Source: Candidatus Harrisonbacteria bacterium
GTDB taxonomy: Bacteria; Patescibacteriota; Minisyncoccia; UBA6257; 1-14-0-10-40-38
Length of the DNA: 64,000 bases
NCBI GenBank assembly: GCA_023245035.1
Contig: JAHFLD010000001.1
Span: 196,002 to 260,001 of the forward strand
Direction of reading: 5' to 3'
The notes beneath the pieces are model-generated. The model ran no database searches, had not been told where the DNA came from, and worked only from the letters and a program-made list of their open reading frames with translations. Positions 48,114-58,975 of the stretch are shown here, one piece after another; positions within the stretch are counted from its first letter, which is position 1; the number at the start of each line of letters is the position of its first letter. A program made the position numbers and the translations under genes.

Positions 48114-48857
48114 TTAGTTAATGGGAGCCGGTTGCTCGGAGGTCTCGGCGGGAGTCGCCTCAACGATTGCTTTAATCAGCGTTCGTACAGCCTCTCTAGC
48201 GGAAGCAACAGACTGATGAACCGCTACCAAATCCTTACGCAGGCCGGCAATAGCCGCCCCAAGCTGTTTCTTCGCGGTTGATTCGGTAAAAGTGGCGTCA
48301 TAAACCTTGGCAGATTGAGCTTCAATGGCCGTGTTGGCCGCCTCCACCGCTTGTACCGCCTTCTCACGAAGAGTCTTTAAAGAAGCGACGCTCGTGCCGC
48401 TGGCTTCTACTTTGGCGATTCTTGAATCGGCTCGTTCCAGAACCTTTTGCAGATTTAGGGTTGCCTCTTCAAATCGCTTGAGCAGATTTTGATTGATCTT
48501 GTTAAGATTATCGGCAATCTTCAAGCTCTTATCCGCCTTCATCTTGTCTTTAAAAGCCTCCACTCGGCCACGATTCATCTCCATCTTCTTATCAATTAGT
48601 TCTTGGGTTTTGAGCATCTTCTCTTCACGCGCTCGGCGCATGGCCGAAATCTTGTTGTCGTCCATCTTATTCTCCATCGCGTTTTCCTTCTTCTCCATCA
48701 CATCAGAGACGCTATCAGCTTTTCTCTCCCCCAAAACAGCCCGCTTCAAAATCGGGGTATTAATCTTCTTGCCCTCTTCGGCGTGGGCAAAGCCGGTCAT
48801 CGCTACCACAGAAAACACCGCCATTGCGGTCAAAAAAGCATTTTTCTTAGTCATCAT
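48114..48857 (-). CDS. hypothetical secreted coiled-coil protein
   Basis: Signal peptide 'AFLTAMAVFSVVAMTGFAHA'. Charged helical repeats. Confidence 0.4.
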   Translation of the reverse strand: MMTKKNAFLTAMAVFSVVAMTGFAHAEEGKKINTPILKRAVLGERKADSVSDVMEKKENAMENKMDDNKISAMRRAREEKMLKTQELIDKKMEMNRGRVEAFKDKMKADKSLKIADNLNKINQNLLKRFEEATLNLQKVLERADSRIAKVEASGTSVASLKTLREKAVQAVEAANTAIEAQSAKVYDATFTESTAKKQLGAAIAGLRKDLVAVHQSVASAREAVRTLIKAIVEATPAETSEQPAPIN

Positions 48858-48946
48858 ATGTTAATAATTAAACTTTTAAATCAACGACCCGACGCGTGCA
48901 TTATGGCACGCCACGGCAAAAAACACCAGACACAAGGTAAACGAAG

Positions 48947-49153
48947 CTAGGCTAGATGCCGTTTCTTGCGATATTCAAGCCACATCGGCCAAACGAAGAT
49001 ATATAGTATCTCCAAAACGCCAAGTGTATTGAGTAACAACAAGGCCACAAACCACGGCTTGCTTCCCAAACGAGCCGCCTTCCACAGAGCGACTCCTTTC
49101 CAGGGAAGCGTCCATAAAATCGCCAAAACAAAGCTGATTTCTTGGTTGGTCAA
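48947..49153 (-). CDS. hypothetical small membrane protein (2 TM)
   Basis: 'FVLAILWTLPWKGVALW...FVALLLLNTLGVLEILYIFVW'. Confidence 0.35.
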   Translation of the reverse strand: MTNQEISFVLAILWTLPWKGVALWKAARLGSKPWFVALLLLNTLGVLEILYIFVWPMWLEYRKKRHLA

Positions 49154-49193
49154 TGAAGTGTTTTTGGGCCGAAATAGGCGACTATTGATTTGG

Positions 49194-49823
49194 CTAAAGA
49201 GCCACGAAAGATGACATTACTGGCAGTCCTTGAGCGTCCGTAAGCGGGGGATTTTTCTTGGTGTCAAAAACATGATCTTCACCGGCGACGTGGATCATAG
49301 CCGTATAGCGTCCTCCGGCTACCGTTCCGCGAAGCAATTCGACTACGCCCGAATAAGCGCCAACATCAAAAAGTTGCACTCCCAAAATTCTGCCGACCGT
49401 CGCGTCGGCATTCATCTCATGAACCACAACCCAGGCGGGGGCGGCCAGAGTTCCCGAAACCTGAACCTTTAGTCCAGCCGGTTGATCCTTGACCGCGACC
49501 GTTGACTGCCCGGGTTTTGCCATTGCCTGACCGGCTTCTTTTTTTACCAAAACCGAAGATTCCACATTCGCCTGACTGGCTATCGGCTTCTGCTCCATGT
49601 TTTTATCCGAATTGGCGGCCGTGGCATCCTTATCAACTCCCGTAACATCGCTGTCTTGAGTTGTGGTATCAACTTCATTTTGCGTTATGAGGCCATCACT
49701 CTGCACTCCAAGTCCCTTGCCCAAAAAGAAGCCGATTAATCCGGCTAGCAACGCTATAACTAATGTCGACCACATCGAACGACCCTCCGACTGTCCCGCA
49801 CCCTGCTGATTGTTTGTATCCAT
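49194..49823 (-). CDS. hypothetical membrane-anchored extracytoplasmic protein
   Basis: TM 'MWSTLVIALLAGLIGFFLGKGLG'. Confidence 0.4.
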   Translation of the reverse strand: MDTNNQQGAGQSEGRSMWSTLVIALLAGLIGFFLGKGLGVQSDGLITQNEVDTTTQDSDVTGVDKDATAANSDKNMEQKPIASQANVESSVLVKKEAGQAMAKPGQSTVAVKDQPAGLKVQVSGTLAAPAWVVVHEMNADATVGRILGVQLFDVGAYSGVVELLRGTVAGGRYTAMIHVAGEDHVFDTKKNPPLTDAQGLPVMSSFVAL

Positions 49824-49944
49824 GCGACTTATAAATTAAAAATTAGTTGATAAAAGTGGCAGTGCTAGTGCCAAGAACTGCCCCAATTATAAAGTTCCAA
49901 AAATAAAAAAGCAATCGCCAAATCACCAAGGCTTCGCATGGCGA

Positions 49945-50307
49945 TTATTTCTGGTGTCGCGATAAAATAAACAAAGATCCGGCGGCCAAAGCCAAAGCTA
50001 AATCGCGAAAAACTATATCCAGCAAGACCAGGTTTGGCGCCACGATTCCAACTAGGGTCAACGCCGCCGCTAAAGCCGCTAAGCGCGATGTCCTCTGGTA
50101 GAGCAGTGCCCCGCCAAGCATTAACTCATAGATGGAAAAAATAGCGAGCAAGATATTTTGCGGAACCAATGCCTTCATGAATTGCGGAAAATAACCAATC
50201 CACGAATCCGGATCAATAAAAGAAGCAATTGCGGCATAGAAAAAAACGCCGGCCAAAGCAACGCGCAACAACCAGATCGCCAAAGCCAAGCGTTTTTCTT
50301 CGGGCAT
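49945..50307 (-). CDS. DoxX-like membrane protein
   Basis: 'LALAIWLLRVALAGVFFYAAIASF'. Confidence 0.45.
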   Translation of the reverse strand: MPEEKRLALAIWLLRVALAGVFFYAAIASFIDPDSWIGYFPQFMKALVPQNILLAIFSIYELMLGGALLYQRTSRLAALAAALTLVGIVAPNLVLLDIVFRDLALALAAGSLFILSRHQK

Positions 50308-50316
50308 ACTTAAGAA

Positions 50317-50802
50317 CTATCGCACGACAACGACCCCGCCTCGGCTTGGTCGGAGATGGTCATGATACTTCCAAGTTCCGGGAGTCGTAAAAGTAAAGGC
50401 ATAACTTTCGCCAGAACCAAAACCTCTATCCGCGTCAAATTCCTTTAAAGTCGTATGCGCCGGATGCGGATTGGAAGCCACCCACATCTTATCCGAAGTC
50501 TGATTGGTAAAGGTAACAGTTGTGCCCGGCGAAACGGTAACGGTATTCGGCAAAAAACCATCTTGAGTGTAATTTACGTTTACTGTGGTCGGCTTAACTT
50601 GATTCGGCGCCGGATTTTCGGCAACAACTTTTTCTTCTGTCGCTGGTTGTTGTGTCGCGGGCTGGGGTGTTGATGCTTCTGTCTCCGTGGTAGGAGCACT
50701 ATTAACTTGCGCTCGGCGACGGACAAAACTACCGCCAAAAAACGAGGCCGCCGTCGACACTGCTACTATCAGTACCACAAAAACCGTAAAGAATTTTTTC
50801 AT
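50317..50802 (-). CDS. hypothetical secreted protein, cupredoxin-like single domain (tentative)
   Basis: Signal anchor. 'TVSPGTTVTFTN...WKYHDHL' loosely resembles cupredoxin-fold proteins, but no Cys ligand is present. Confidence 0.3.
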   Translation of the reverse strand: MKKFFTVFVVLIVAVSTAASFFGGSFVRRRAQVNSAPTTETEASTPQPATQQPATEEKVVAENPAPNQVKPTTVNVNYTQDGFLPNTVTVSPGTTVTFTNQTSDKMWVASNPHPAHTTLKEFDADRGFGSGESYAFTFTTPGTWKYHDHLRPSRGGVVVVR

Positions 50803-50880
50803 GTTAAAAGATTATTTATCAGTACTCTTTATTTATCCTACGCTTGAAGCAAAAATAGTCAATCAAACAAAGGAGGTGTT

Positions 50881-52641
50881 CTATCCGCGGCCGCGATAAC
50901 TGGCGTCTTCATCCTCAATTGCGAGCGCGGCCCGTTTTTTCTTTAACAGCGCGTGGGAGCGAAAAGCAAAAAAAGAACCAATGCCCAGCGCCACCAAGGT
51001 CAGGCTTCCATAATAAGGCAATCCGCGCCGCAAGCGATCCCAGACCAAGGATTTGACGATGGTCACCCGAATCGGCGCTTGTAATTTTTCCCAGGTGCCC
51101 TTGTTTCGGTAGTAGGCGATTAAGTAGTAGTTTCCCGGGGCAAAGCCATCAAGTTGTATTTTTTGGCTTCCTTTGGGAACGATAATCTGTTTGGTTAGGC
51201 GAAAATTCTCGTCAAAGACATCAATTCGGTACTCCTCGGCCGATTTTGGAATTATCAGATCGTTAAAGGAGATAACAATACTGCCGGTGCCGTTGAATCC
51301 GGTCGCGGTAAACGCGACACTAATCGGTCCATCGATTGGCGCGCCTGGTTGGTCAGGAGTAGTCCCGGTATTATTCGGCGGTGGCGTAGCGCCCGGGGGC
51401 GGTGGAGGAGTCACGGTCCCCGAAGGCGGAATCTGCGGTGGCGGCGGTGTTGAGGAAGAAGATGAGGCCGTGAGCGTTGTAAAGATCAACGTTGAGGAAG
51501 CGGCGTTGCCCGCCGGATCGGCGGTTAACAAGGTTGCCGTATAAGTAGTTGCCGGAGCCAGGCCAGAGACACTAACCGAGTGCTCCAACTCATAAGTCGG
51601 ATCAAAGGCATTCCCGCTGAAAGTGCCGGCTCGCGAAACCGTAACCCAGGAATTGGCCGCTTCATTGGTTGTCCAAACGAAATTAACGTTCGTGGCGCCA
51701 AGATTGCTAATCGTCGCGGAAATAATTTGGGGTGGGGTAATATCTCCCGAAGGCGGCGGTGGTGGTGGAGGCAAACCGCCAGTTGGCGGCGGAGGTGCTA
51801 TGGCGGAAAAATCTTGTGGTGTTACAAACGATCCAGTCGTTGAAGCTTGATTTCCCCACGAATCATAAGCCGTCAGCGTAAAGTTATAATTTGCGCCGGG
51901 CAAAGTGTCGAGCGTTAAGCTACAGTTCGCGATTCCCGACGGACAGGTTGCGTATGAGCCGTAAGGTCCGGCAACTTGCGGTGCTTGTCCTGGTCGCGCG
52001 TAATTCACGTCAAAGTCAACCGGCTCGTTAGCGTTAAAAAACAAAGTGGTGGCGTAGGGAGAAGATGGCGAAGTGGTGGCGTTCGAAATTAAAGGCGGCG
52101 ATGTCTCGGTGGTCTCATAAAGCGCGAACTTAAAACTAAAAGGTTGCTCCGACGCGCCCAAGTAAGCGGTTCCCAAAAGATATTCGGGATAAGCTTGAGA
52201 ATTGTGCGGCAAAATTTGAAAGCGATTTACGTAGTGCAACCACAACTCCGGCGGAAAACTCAAAAGTTTCAAAGTATAAGTCGCTCCGGTGTTGACTGGA
52301 ATTAACGAGGAGAAATCAAAATGAAAGCGAGTGCCGCCCCAAACCGGCGGAGCGACGGGAATCGTTACTGTTACTGCCGCAAGTTGCCCGCCGCTCGCGC
52401 CATAAAGTCCAAAAGTAGCCGCGCCCGACCCGCCCTCGTTGTCTATCCAAATATCCAGACCGCGCAAAAAATCGTTGTAAACCGGAAACTCCTGCGAGAC
52501 GGTATCATACGCCGCCACCTTAAGTCTTTCATCGTAATTCTCCGGCGCGAATTCAAAAAAACGTGTTCCGTGCGCCAAGCTTTGAGCCGGCCAGAAGGCC
52601 AAACCAACTAAAACAAAAAGAAAAAAAGGTCGCAGTCTCAT
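50881..52641 (-). CDS. large Pro/Thr-rich surface protein with C-terminal membrane anchor
   Basis: Signal peptide. Linkers 'PPPTGGLPPPPPPPSGDITPP' and 'TPPPPPGATPPPNNTG'. C-terminal TM 'LTLVALGIGSFFAF' followed by 'KKKR'. Confidence 0.5.
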   Translation of the reverse strand: MRLRPFFLFVLVGLAFWPAQSLAHGTRFFEFAPENYDERLKVAAYDTVSQEFPVYNDFLRGLDIWIDNEGGSGAATFGLYGASGGQLAAVTVTIPVAPPVWGGTRFHFDFSSLIPVNTGATYTLKLLSFPPELWLHYVNRFQILPHNSQAYPEYLLGTAYLGASEQPFSFKFALYETTETSPPLISNATTSPSSPYATTLFFNANEPVDFDVNYARPGQAPQVAGPYGSYATCPSGIANCSLTLDTLPGANYNFTLTAYDSWGNQASTTGSFVTPQDFSAIAPPPPTGGLPPPPPPPSGDITPPQIISATISNLGATNVNFVWTTNEAANSWVTVSRAGTFSGNAFDPTYELEHSVSVSGLAPATTYTATLLTADPAGNAASSTLIFTTLTASSSSSTPPPPQIPPSGTVTPPPPPGATPPPNNTGTTPDQPGAPIDGPISVAFTATGFNGTGSIVISFNDLIIPKSAEEYRIDVFDENFRLTKQIIVPKGSQKIQLDGFAPGNYYLIAYYRNKGTWEKLQAPIRVTIVKSLVWDRLRRGLPYYGSLTLVALGIGSFFAFRSHALLKKKRAALAIEDEDASYRGRG

Positions 52642-52686
52642 GCGCCATTAAGTATATCATCCGCAAGGCCGAACTCCGTGCACAGC

Positions 52687-52920
52687 CTATTTAGATTTCA
52701 GACCAAAAATTTCTACCAACTTTCGGCGCGACGTCCGTCCGGAAATAATCTGAACCTGATTCGGCGCGATTTTGAAATAATCGGCCAGCGCCCGAATAAT
52801 TCCCATGTTGGCTTGCCCCTTGACCGGCGGCTCGGTAACCCAAACGCCAAAAGTATTTGGCGCTATCTCCGCAACCTTAACTTCTCGTGCCGCCGGGTGC
52901 GCCTGAACCAGAATTTTCAT
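52687..52920 (-). CDS. DUF167/YggU family protein
   Basis: 'ILVQAHPAAREVKV...VWVTEPPVKGQAN..II..LA..F'. Confidence 0.65.
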   Translation of the reverse strand: MKILVQAHPAAREVKVAEIAPNTFGVWVTEPPVKGQANMGIIRALADYFKIAPNQVQIISGRTSRRKLVEIFGLKSK

Positions 52921-52923
52921 AGA

Positions 52924-54144
52924 TTATTGCAAAGATTTTGCCGCCCTTAACTTACGGTGATAGCTGATGGCAAAGCGGTGCGCCTCATCGCGAACTCGGA
53001 TCAGCGCCGAGGCTAATTCCTCCGGAGGTTTCATTCCTATAAACTCATTCTTGTCCCGCCACGGCCCTTTGGCAATGCCGACTACGGGAATACTTATCCC
53101 AAAATCGTTTAACACGCCCTTCGCTGCGTTGACTTGAGGAGTTCCGCCATCGATCAGTATCAAGTCTGGCAAGGTCCACTTATTTTCAAAACGCCGGGTA
53201 AGAACCTCGCGCAACATGCCGGTGTCGTCCGGCGTGGTCAGACTTTGAATTCTAAACTTTCGGTACTCATTTTTGTCCGGCTGACCGCTCCTAAAAACCA
53301 CCATTGATCCCGTCGCCGAAGTTCCGGAAATATTGGAAATGTCGTACCCTTCAATGCGCTGGGGTATCGTGGAAGTTGCCGGCGGTATTAATGGATCATC
53401 GGAGAGCACCGCTACGTCGCGAATATGTTGTAGGGCAAAAATCCGGCGTTTTATGACCTCCGCTTTTTCATAGTCAAGTTTTCGGCTGGCCGCAAGCATC
53501 TCTCTCTCGCTCTGCTTGATTAAAAAAGCCTTCTTGCCTTCAAAAAAACGGCAGATATTTTTAATGGTCAACAAGTACTCGGCACGGCTTACTGAACCGA
53601 CGCACGTTCCCGGGCATAAGCCAATTTCGTAATTAAAACAAGGCCGCCCCTTCTCCGCTGTTTGGTGTCGGGTCAACTCTTCGGATGTGTGAGTGGAATA
53701 GGGGAAGATCCGCCGGACTATTTTCAGCGCCTCGCGAAGGCTGGTAGCCGAGGTAAAAGGTCCGAAGCGCCGCCTCGCCGTCCCACCGGTGCCTCGCGCC
53801 AAAATTACTCGCGGCCAATTATCTTTGGTAATTTCCACGTATAAAAAACTCTTGTCGTCTTTTTCCCGAATGTTGAACGGCGGACGATAAAGCTTAATCA
53901 GCGCCGCCTCGCGAATCAGAGCCTCAATCGCGGTCTCGGTTAGTTCATAGTCTATCTTTACGATTTCCCGGACCAGCTTTTCAATTCTGGCTTCATGGGC
54001 CCGCGCAAAATAACTGGCGACTCGTCGCCGCAGATTCACCGCCTTGCCGACATAAAGCACCGCGCCCCGCGCTCCGCGCATAATATAAACCCCGGGCGTC
54101 TCGGGAAAAGACTGAGTCTGTTTAAAGTTATTTTCTTTATTCAT
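52924..54144 (-). CDS. uvrC: excinuclease ABC subunit C (short form)
   Basis: GIY-YIG 'GVYIMRGARGAVLYVGKAVNLRRRVASYF'. Start moved to 'MNKENN', just downstream of the uvrA stop. Confidence 0.8.
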   Translation of the reverse strand: MNKENNFKQTQSFPETPGVYIMRGARGAVLYVGKAVNLRRRVASYFARAHEARIEKLVREIVKIDYELTETAIEALIREAALIKLYRPPFNIREKDDKSFLYVEITKDNWPRVILARGTGGTARRRFGPFTSATSLREALKIVRRIFPYSTHTSEELTRHQTAEKGRPCFNYEIGLCPGTCVGSVSRAEYLLTIKNICRFFEGKKAFLIKQSEREMLAASRKLDYEKAEVIKRRIFALQHIRDVAVLSDDPLIPPATSTIPQRIEGYDISNISGTSATGSMVVFRSGQPDKNEYRKFRIQSLTTPDDTGMLREVLTRRFENKWTLPDLILIDGGTPQVNAAKGVLNDFGISIPVVGIAKGPWRDKNEFIGMKPPEELASALIRVRDEAHRFAISYHRKLRAAKSLQ

Positions 54145-54157
54145 ATCACTGCCCAAA

Positions 54158-56686
54158 TCAGTCCAACACTTTCCGCAAATACTCTCCGGTAAAGCTTCCT
54201 TTTTTGCGGGCGATTTCCTCCGGCGTGCCAACGGCCACAATCGTCCCGCCCTTATTGCCGCCCTCGGGTCCCAAATCAATCACCCAATCGGCGGTTTTAA
54301 TCACATCCAGGTTGTGCTCAATGACCACAATCGTATTCCCTCGATCCACCAAACGTTGGAGCACGATCAACAAGTTCTCAATATCGGCAAAATGAAGCCC
54401 CGTCGTCGGTTCGTCTAGTAGATAAAGCGTCTTCCGCGTGTCCCGCTTGCCAAGCTCCGCCGAAAGTTTAATGCGCTGGGCCTCGCCGCCCGAAAGTGTC
54501 GTTGCCGATTGTCCCAGCTCCAGATAACCCAAACCAACCTCGTTGAGGATTTTAAGCCGATCCGCGAGCCACGGAATATCGGCAAAAAAGGGCAAGGCCT
54601 CTTCCACCGTCATCCGCAAAACGTCGTAAATATTTTTTCCCTTATACTCCACCGCCAAAGTTTCTCGATCAAAACGCTTGCCCTTGCACACGTCGCAAAC
54701 CACGTAAACCGTCGGCAAAAAGTGCATCTCGATGGCGATTGTACCGTGTCCCTCGCAGTGTTCGCATCGCCCGCCCGGCACGTTAAAACTAAACCGGCCA
54801 ACCTTGTAGCCCCGCACTCGCGCGTCCTCGGTGGAGCTAAAAAGCTCGCGGATAAAAGTCCAGGCGCCGACATAAGTCGCCGGATTGGATCGCGGTGTCC
54901 GCCCGATAGGCGATTGATCGATGTTGATTACGCGATTGATATATTCCAAACCCGTAATTGATTTCACCGCCCCTGGTTTATAATCCGAAAAATTAAACTT
55001 GTTGGAAACGGTCTTGTAGAGCACATCATAGACCAAGGTGCTCTTGCCCGAGCCGGAAACTCCGGTTACCGCCGTAAATCGCCTCAAGGGAATGTCTACA
55101 TTTAATCCTTTCAGATTGTTTTCGGTCGCTCCACGGATTTTTATATGCTCGTGGTCTTTTTTAATTTGTCGCCGTTTCTCCGGCACCGCGACTTTTTTGG
55201 CGCCGTTCAAAAAATCTATCGTCAATGATCGAGACGCGTTCTTTTGGCTGGTTTTGGCCAGAATCTGCGGAATCGGTCCCGCCGCTACGATCTGTCCGCC
55301 ATGAATACCCGCGCCCGGACCCACATCAACCAAATAATCCGAGGCGCGAATCGTCTCTTCGTCGTGCTCAACTACCAGCACCGTGTTTCCCAAATCGCGA
55401 AGCTCATGCAGGGTTTTGATGAGTTTGGCGTTATCTCGTTGGTGCAGGCCAATCGTCGGCTCGTCTAAAATATAAAGCGTGCCGACCAGTCGCGAACCTA
55501 TCTGCGAAGCCAGCCTGATTCGCTGTGATTCACCGCCAGAAAGCGTTCCCGAAGCGCGCCCCAAGGTCAAATACTCCAAGCCGACATTCATCAAAAAAGC
55601 CAGCCGATTTTTTATTTCTTTAAGCGGCGCCTCAAGCACTCCGCCGAGATTTTTGTTCTCCATCGTCAATCCGCCAAAAAACTTCACCGCCTCCTCAATG
55701 GAAAAAGCGGTCACCGTGGCGATGTTTTTATTTTTGATTAAAATACTCAAACTCTCTCTCTTAAGCCGCGCCCCGTTGCAGGCTGGACAGATCTTTTCCG
55801 ACCAAGCCTCCTCGGTGCCGAGGCCGTGGCATTGTTCGCAGGCGCCAAACGGACTGTTAAAAGAAAACAGCCGCGGCTCAATTTCCGGAAAAGAAAATCC
55901 ATCGCGCGGACAGGTGAATTTTGCCGACAGCGAAACTTCGCGGCCATCGTGAACAATGGTCACCACATCGTTTCCATATTTAAGCGCGGTCTCAATGGCT
56001 TCGGCCAAGCGTAGCCGGTTTTCCGCCTCCTTAAAATTCAACAGCGACGGAATTCTATCCACTACCAGATCAATGGTGTGAGTTTTATAACGCGACAACT
56101 CCACCCGGCTTCGCAGTGAACACATGATGCCGTCAATGCGCGCCTCGCTGAAACCGGCATTCAAAAAATCGTAGAGCATCTGGTAGTATTCGCCCTTGCG
56201 TCCGCGCACTACCGGCGCCAGCACTAATAAATTTTTATCCGAGGCGTCCTGCGCCAACAACTGCAAAACCGTATCCACAATCTCCTCCTTGGTCAGTTTA
56301 CGAATTTCCTGTCCGCAGTCCGGACAAAACGGAGTTCCCAGTCTGGCAAACAAAACCCGCAGATAGTCATAGATTTCGGTAATGGTCGCCACGGTTGAAC
56401 GGGGATTGCCCGAGCGGCTTTTCTGGTCAATGGAAATGGCGGGAGAGAGTCCTTCAATCTCATCCACGTCCGGCTTGTCTAGTTTGTCCAAAAATTGGCG
56501 GGCGTAGGCGGAAAGCGACTCCATATATCTCCGCTGGCCCTCGGCAAAAATAGTGTCAAAAGCCAGCGAGGATTTACCGGAACCAGAAAGTCCGGTAAAA
56601 ACCACCATCTTGTCGCGGGGAATTTCCAAGCTGATGTTTTTGAGGTTATGCTCCCGCGCGCCTTTGATTTTTATCTTGTCGTGCAT
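54158..56686 (-). CDS. uvrA: excinuclease ABC subunit A
   Basis: Two ABC ATPase modules with Walker A '[10 protein letters not shown]' and '[10 protein letters not shown]', signature 'LSGGE' and zinc-finger Cys clusters. 842 aa. Confidence 0.9.
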   Translation of the reverse strand: MHDKIKIKGAREHNLKNISLEIPRDKMVVFTGLSGSGKSSLAFDTIFAEGQRRYMESLSAYARQFLDKLDKPDVDEIEGLSPAISIDQKSRSGNPRSTVATITEIYDYLRVLFARLGTPFCPDCGQEIRKLTKEEIVDTVLQLLAQDASDKNLLVLAPVVRGRKGEYYQMLYDFLNAGFSEARIDGIMCSLRSRVELSRYKTHTIDLVVDRIPSLLNFKEAENRLRLAEAIETALKYGNDVVTIVHDGREVSLSAKFTCPRDGFSFPEIEPRLFSFNSPFGACEQCHGLGTEEAWSEKICPACNGARLKRESLSILIKNKNIATVTAFSIEEAVKFFGGLTMENKNLGGVLEAPLKEIKNRLAFLMNVGLEYLTLGRASGTLSGGESQRIRLASQIGSRLVGTLYILDEPTIGLHQRDNAKLIKTLHELRDLGNTVLVVEHDEETIRASDYLVDVGPGAGIHGGQIVAAGPIPQILAKTSQKNASRSLTIDFLNGAKKVAVPEKRRQIKKDHEHIKIRGATENNLKGLNVDIPLRRFTAVTGVSGSGKSTLVYDVLYKTVSNKFNFSDYKPGAVKSITGLEYINRVINIDQSPIGRTPRSNPATYVGAWTFIRELFSSTEDARVRGYKVGRFSFNVPGGRCEHCEGHGTIAIEMHFLPTVYVVCDVCKGKRFDRETLAVEYKGKNIYDVLRMTVEEALPFFADIPWLADRLKILNEVGLGYLELGQSATTLSGGEAQRIKLSAELGKRDTRKTLYLLDEPTTGLHFADIENLLIVLQRLVDRGNTIVVIEHNLDVIKTADWVIDLGPEGGNKGGTIVAVGTPEEIARKKGSFTGEYLRKVLD

Positions 56687-56698
56687 ATAGGATGGTTT

Positions 56699-58717
56699 TT
56701 AGCTTGTAAGTTTGACCTGCTTCTGAAGCTCCTTAATCTCATCCCGCAACAGAGTCGCCAGCTCAAAGTCCAACTCATCGGCCGCTCGCCGCATTTCGGC
56801 TTGTTTCTCGCGGATTAGCGATTGTCGGGCGGTTCTTGATTTGGGAATCGGCATCAGTTCCAATTTTAAAATCTTGTCCGCCGGCAAAATATCCCTGATT
56901 TCCTTGATAATTGTTGTCGGCGTGATGTCGTGCTCGATATTATACGCCAATTGCAAAACTCGTCGGCGATTGGTCTCTTTAACCGCGCGATCAATTGAGC
57001 CGGTAATCTGATCGGCGTAAAGCAAAACCTCGCCGCGCACGTTGCGCGCCGCCCGTCCGATGGTTTGAATCAGCGAAGTCTCGCTCCGCAAAAAACCCTC
57101 CTTGTCCGCGTCCAGAATCGCTACCAATGAAACCTCCGGCAAATCCAATCCTTCGCGCAAAAGGTTAACCCCGATCAAGACGTCAAAAGTTCCCTTGCGC
57201 AGATTGGTCAAAATCTTAATCCGTTCCAGAGTTTTTACGTCGCTGTGAAGATAATTGACCTTCATTCCCAAGCTCTCAAGGTGAGCGCTCAAATCCTCGG
57301 CCATGCGCTTGGTGAGCGTGGTGACCAGTACTCGCTCTTTTTTACTCACTCGCTCCTGAAGTCGGGGAATCAAATCATGCACCTGTCCGGTAGCCGGTAA
57401 AATTGTGATGACCGGATCAACCAATCCAGTTGGACGGATTATCTGCTCCACGATTGCAGAGCTTATCTTGCGCTCGTGGGCGCTTGGAGTCGCCGAGACA
57501 TATACCACCTGGCCGACTCCGGAGTTGAATTCGTCGGCGGTCAGGGGTCGATTATCGGCGGCCGAGGGCAGGCGGAAGCCATACTCAATCAAAGTCTTTT
57601 TTCTGGCGGCATCTCCCGCGTACATCCCGCCGATTTGTGGAATCGTCACGTGCGACTCATCAATCACCGTCAAAAAATCGGCCTGCCCTGAGCTTGTCGA
57701 GTGGGGAAAATAATCCAGTAGTGTCTCGGGCGGGGCTCCAGCCTCGCGTCCCGAAAGATGGCGGGAATAATTTTCAATGCCGTGGCAGTAGCCGATTTCT
57801 TCCATCATCGCCAAATCAAACTTGGTTCGGCGTTCCAAACGTTCCGCTTCCAGCAATTTGCCAGCTTTTTCAAAATAATTGAGCTGTTCCTTAAGTTCGG
57901 CGCGAATGCCGGCTATGGCCCGCTCTCGAGCCTGAGGAGTGGTAATAAAGTGCTTGGCCGGAGCAATAAAGATTTCTGACACCATCGGAGTCTTACCGGG
58001 AATAAAACCGGATACCGGATCAACTTCATAAAGGGCCGTGATTTTTTTTGACTCCGGATCATCCGGAATACTCGCGAGCTCAAAGCGATAGATTATCTCG
58101 CGATCCGGCGGCATAATCTCCCAATTATCTCCCCGCACCCTGAATGTTCCGCGTTTCACGTCGGCGTTGGTTCTCGTAAAGTGCAATGTAACCAATTTCC
58201 GCATTAAGTCCGCGCGTCTAATAATTGTTCCCGCTCGAAAGTGAAAGATATTTTGTCGATACTCATCCGGCGCCCCCAAGCCATAAATACAAGAAACCGA
58301 CGCGACCACAATCACATCGCGCCGCGTCAGCAAGGCCGCGGTCGCCGCGTGGCGCAGTTTATCAATTTCTTCGTTGATTAGAGCCTCCTTATCTATATAG
58401 GTATCGCTTGCCGGCATATACGCCTCCGGTTGGTAGTAATCGTAATAAGACACGAAATAATGCACGGCGTTGTGGGGAAATAACTCGCGAAACTCATTGC
58501 ACAATTGAGCGGCGAGCGTCTTATTGTGGGCAATAACCAAGGTTGGTTTCCCGATTTTTTCTATCACATTGGCGATGGTAAAAGTCTTGCCCGAACCGGT
58601 CACGCCAAGCAAAGTTTGCCGACTCATTCCGGATTCAAGTCCACGAGTCAAATCCGCGATGGCTTGCGGCTGATCACCGGCGGGCTTATTTTTTGATTCC
58701 AACTGAAAGACGGACAT
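56699..58717 (-). CDS. uvrB: excinuclease ABC subunit B
   Basis: Helicase motifs 'GVTGSGKTFT', DESH and 'QTIGRAAR', with a C-terminal UVR domain. Confidence 0.9.
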   Translation of the reverse strand: MSVFQLESKNKPAGDQPQAIADLTRGLESGMSRQTLLGVTGSGKTFTIANVIEKIGKPTLVIAHNKTLAAQLCNEFRELFPHNAVHYFVSYYDYYQPEAYMPASDTYIDKEALINEEIDKLRHAATAALLTRRDVIVVASVSCIYGLGAPDEYRQNIFHFRAGTIIRRADLMRKLVTLHFTRTNADVKRGTFRVRGDNWEIMPPDREIIYRFELASIPDDPESKKITALYEVDPVSGFIPGKTPMVSEIFIAPAKHFITTPQARERAIAGIRAELKEQLNYFEKAGKLLEAERLERRTKFDLAMMEEIGYCHGIENYSRHLSGREAGAPPETLLDYFPHSTSSGQADFLTVIDESHVTIPQIGGMYAGDAARKKTLIEYGFRLPSAADNRPLTADEFNSGVGQVVYVSATPSAHERKISSAIVEQIIRPTGLVDPVITILPATGQVHDLIPRLQERVSKKERVLVTTLTKRMAEDLSAHLESLGMKVNYLHSDVKTLERIKILTNLRKGTFDVLIGVNLLREGLDLPEVSLVAILDADKEGFLRSETSLIQTIGRAARNVRGEVLLYADQITGSIDRAVKETNRRRVLQLAYNIEHDITPTTIIKEIRDILPADKILKLELMPIPKSRTARQSLIREKQAEMRRAADELDFELATLLRDEIKELQKQVKLTS

Positions 58718-58850
58718 ATTGTGAATTGTGAATAAGGAAAATTCCCCTCGGGTTCTCTTGCGAGGGGGTCTGGCTTCAAGTATAGGGCCTAAAAACCAGA
58801 GATGTCAATTCCGTCTACTAATCCGCCAAATCAAAAAAAGTTTTCCACCG

Positions 58851-58878
58851 TTGACACGCCTTGCGTGAGGCGTAATGT
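58851..58878 (+). promoter_or_regulatory. candidate sigma70 promoter with embedded inverted repeat
   Basis: TTGACA, a 16-nt spacer (CGCCTTGCGTGAGGCG, itself an inverted repeat), then TAATGT. About 95 nt upstream of the 58976 ORF. Confidence 0.35.
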
Positions 58879-58975
58879 TGAATGAAGCGCATAATTCAGC
58901 AGCTTGTAAGACTCGCGACGGACAGAAGTGCGCCAAAGGCAAGAATCCCGCGCTCTTTGAAAAAAAGGAGGTGAC

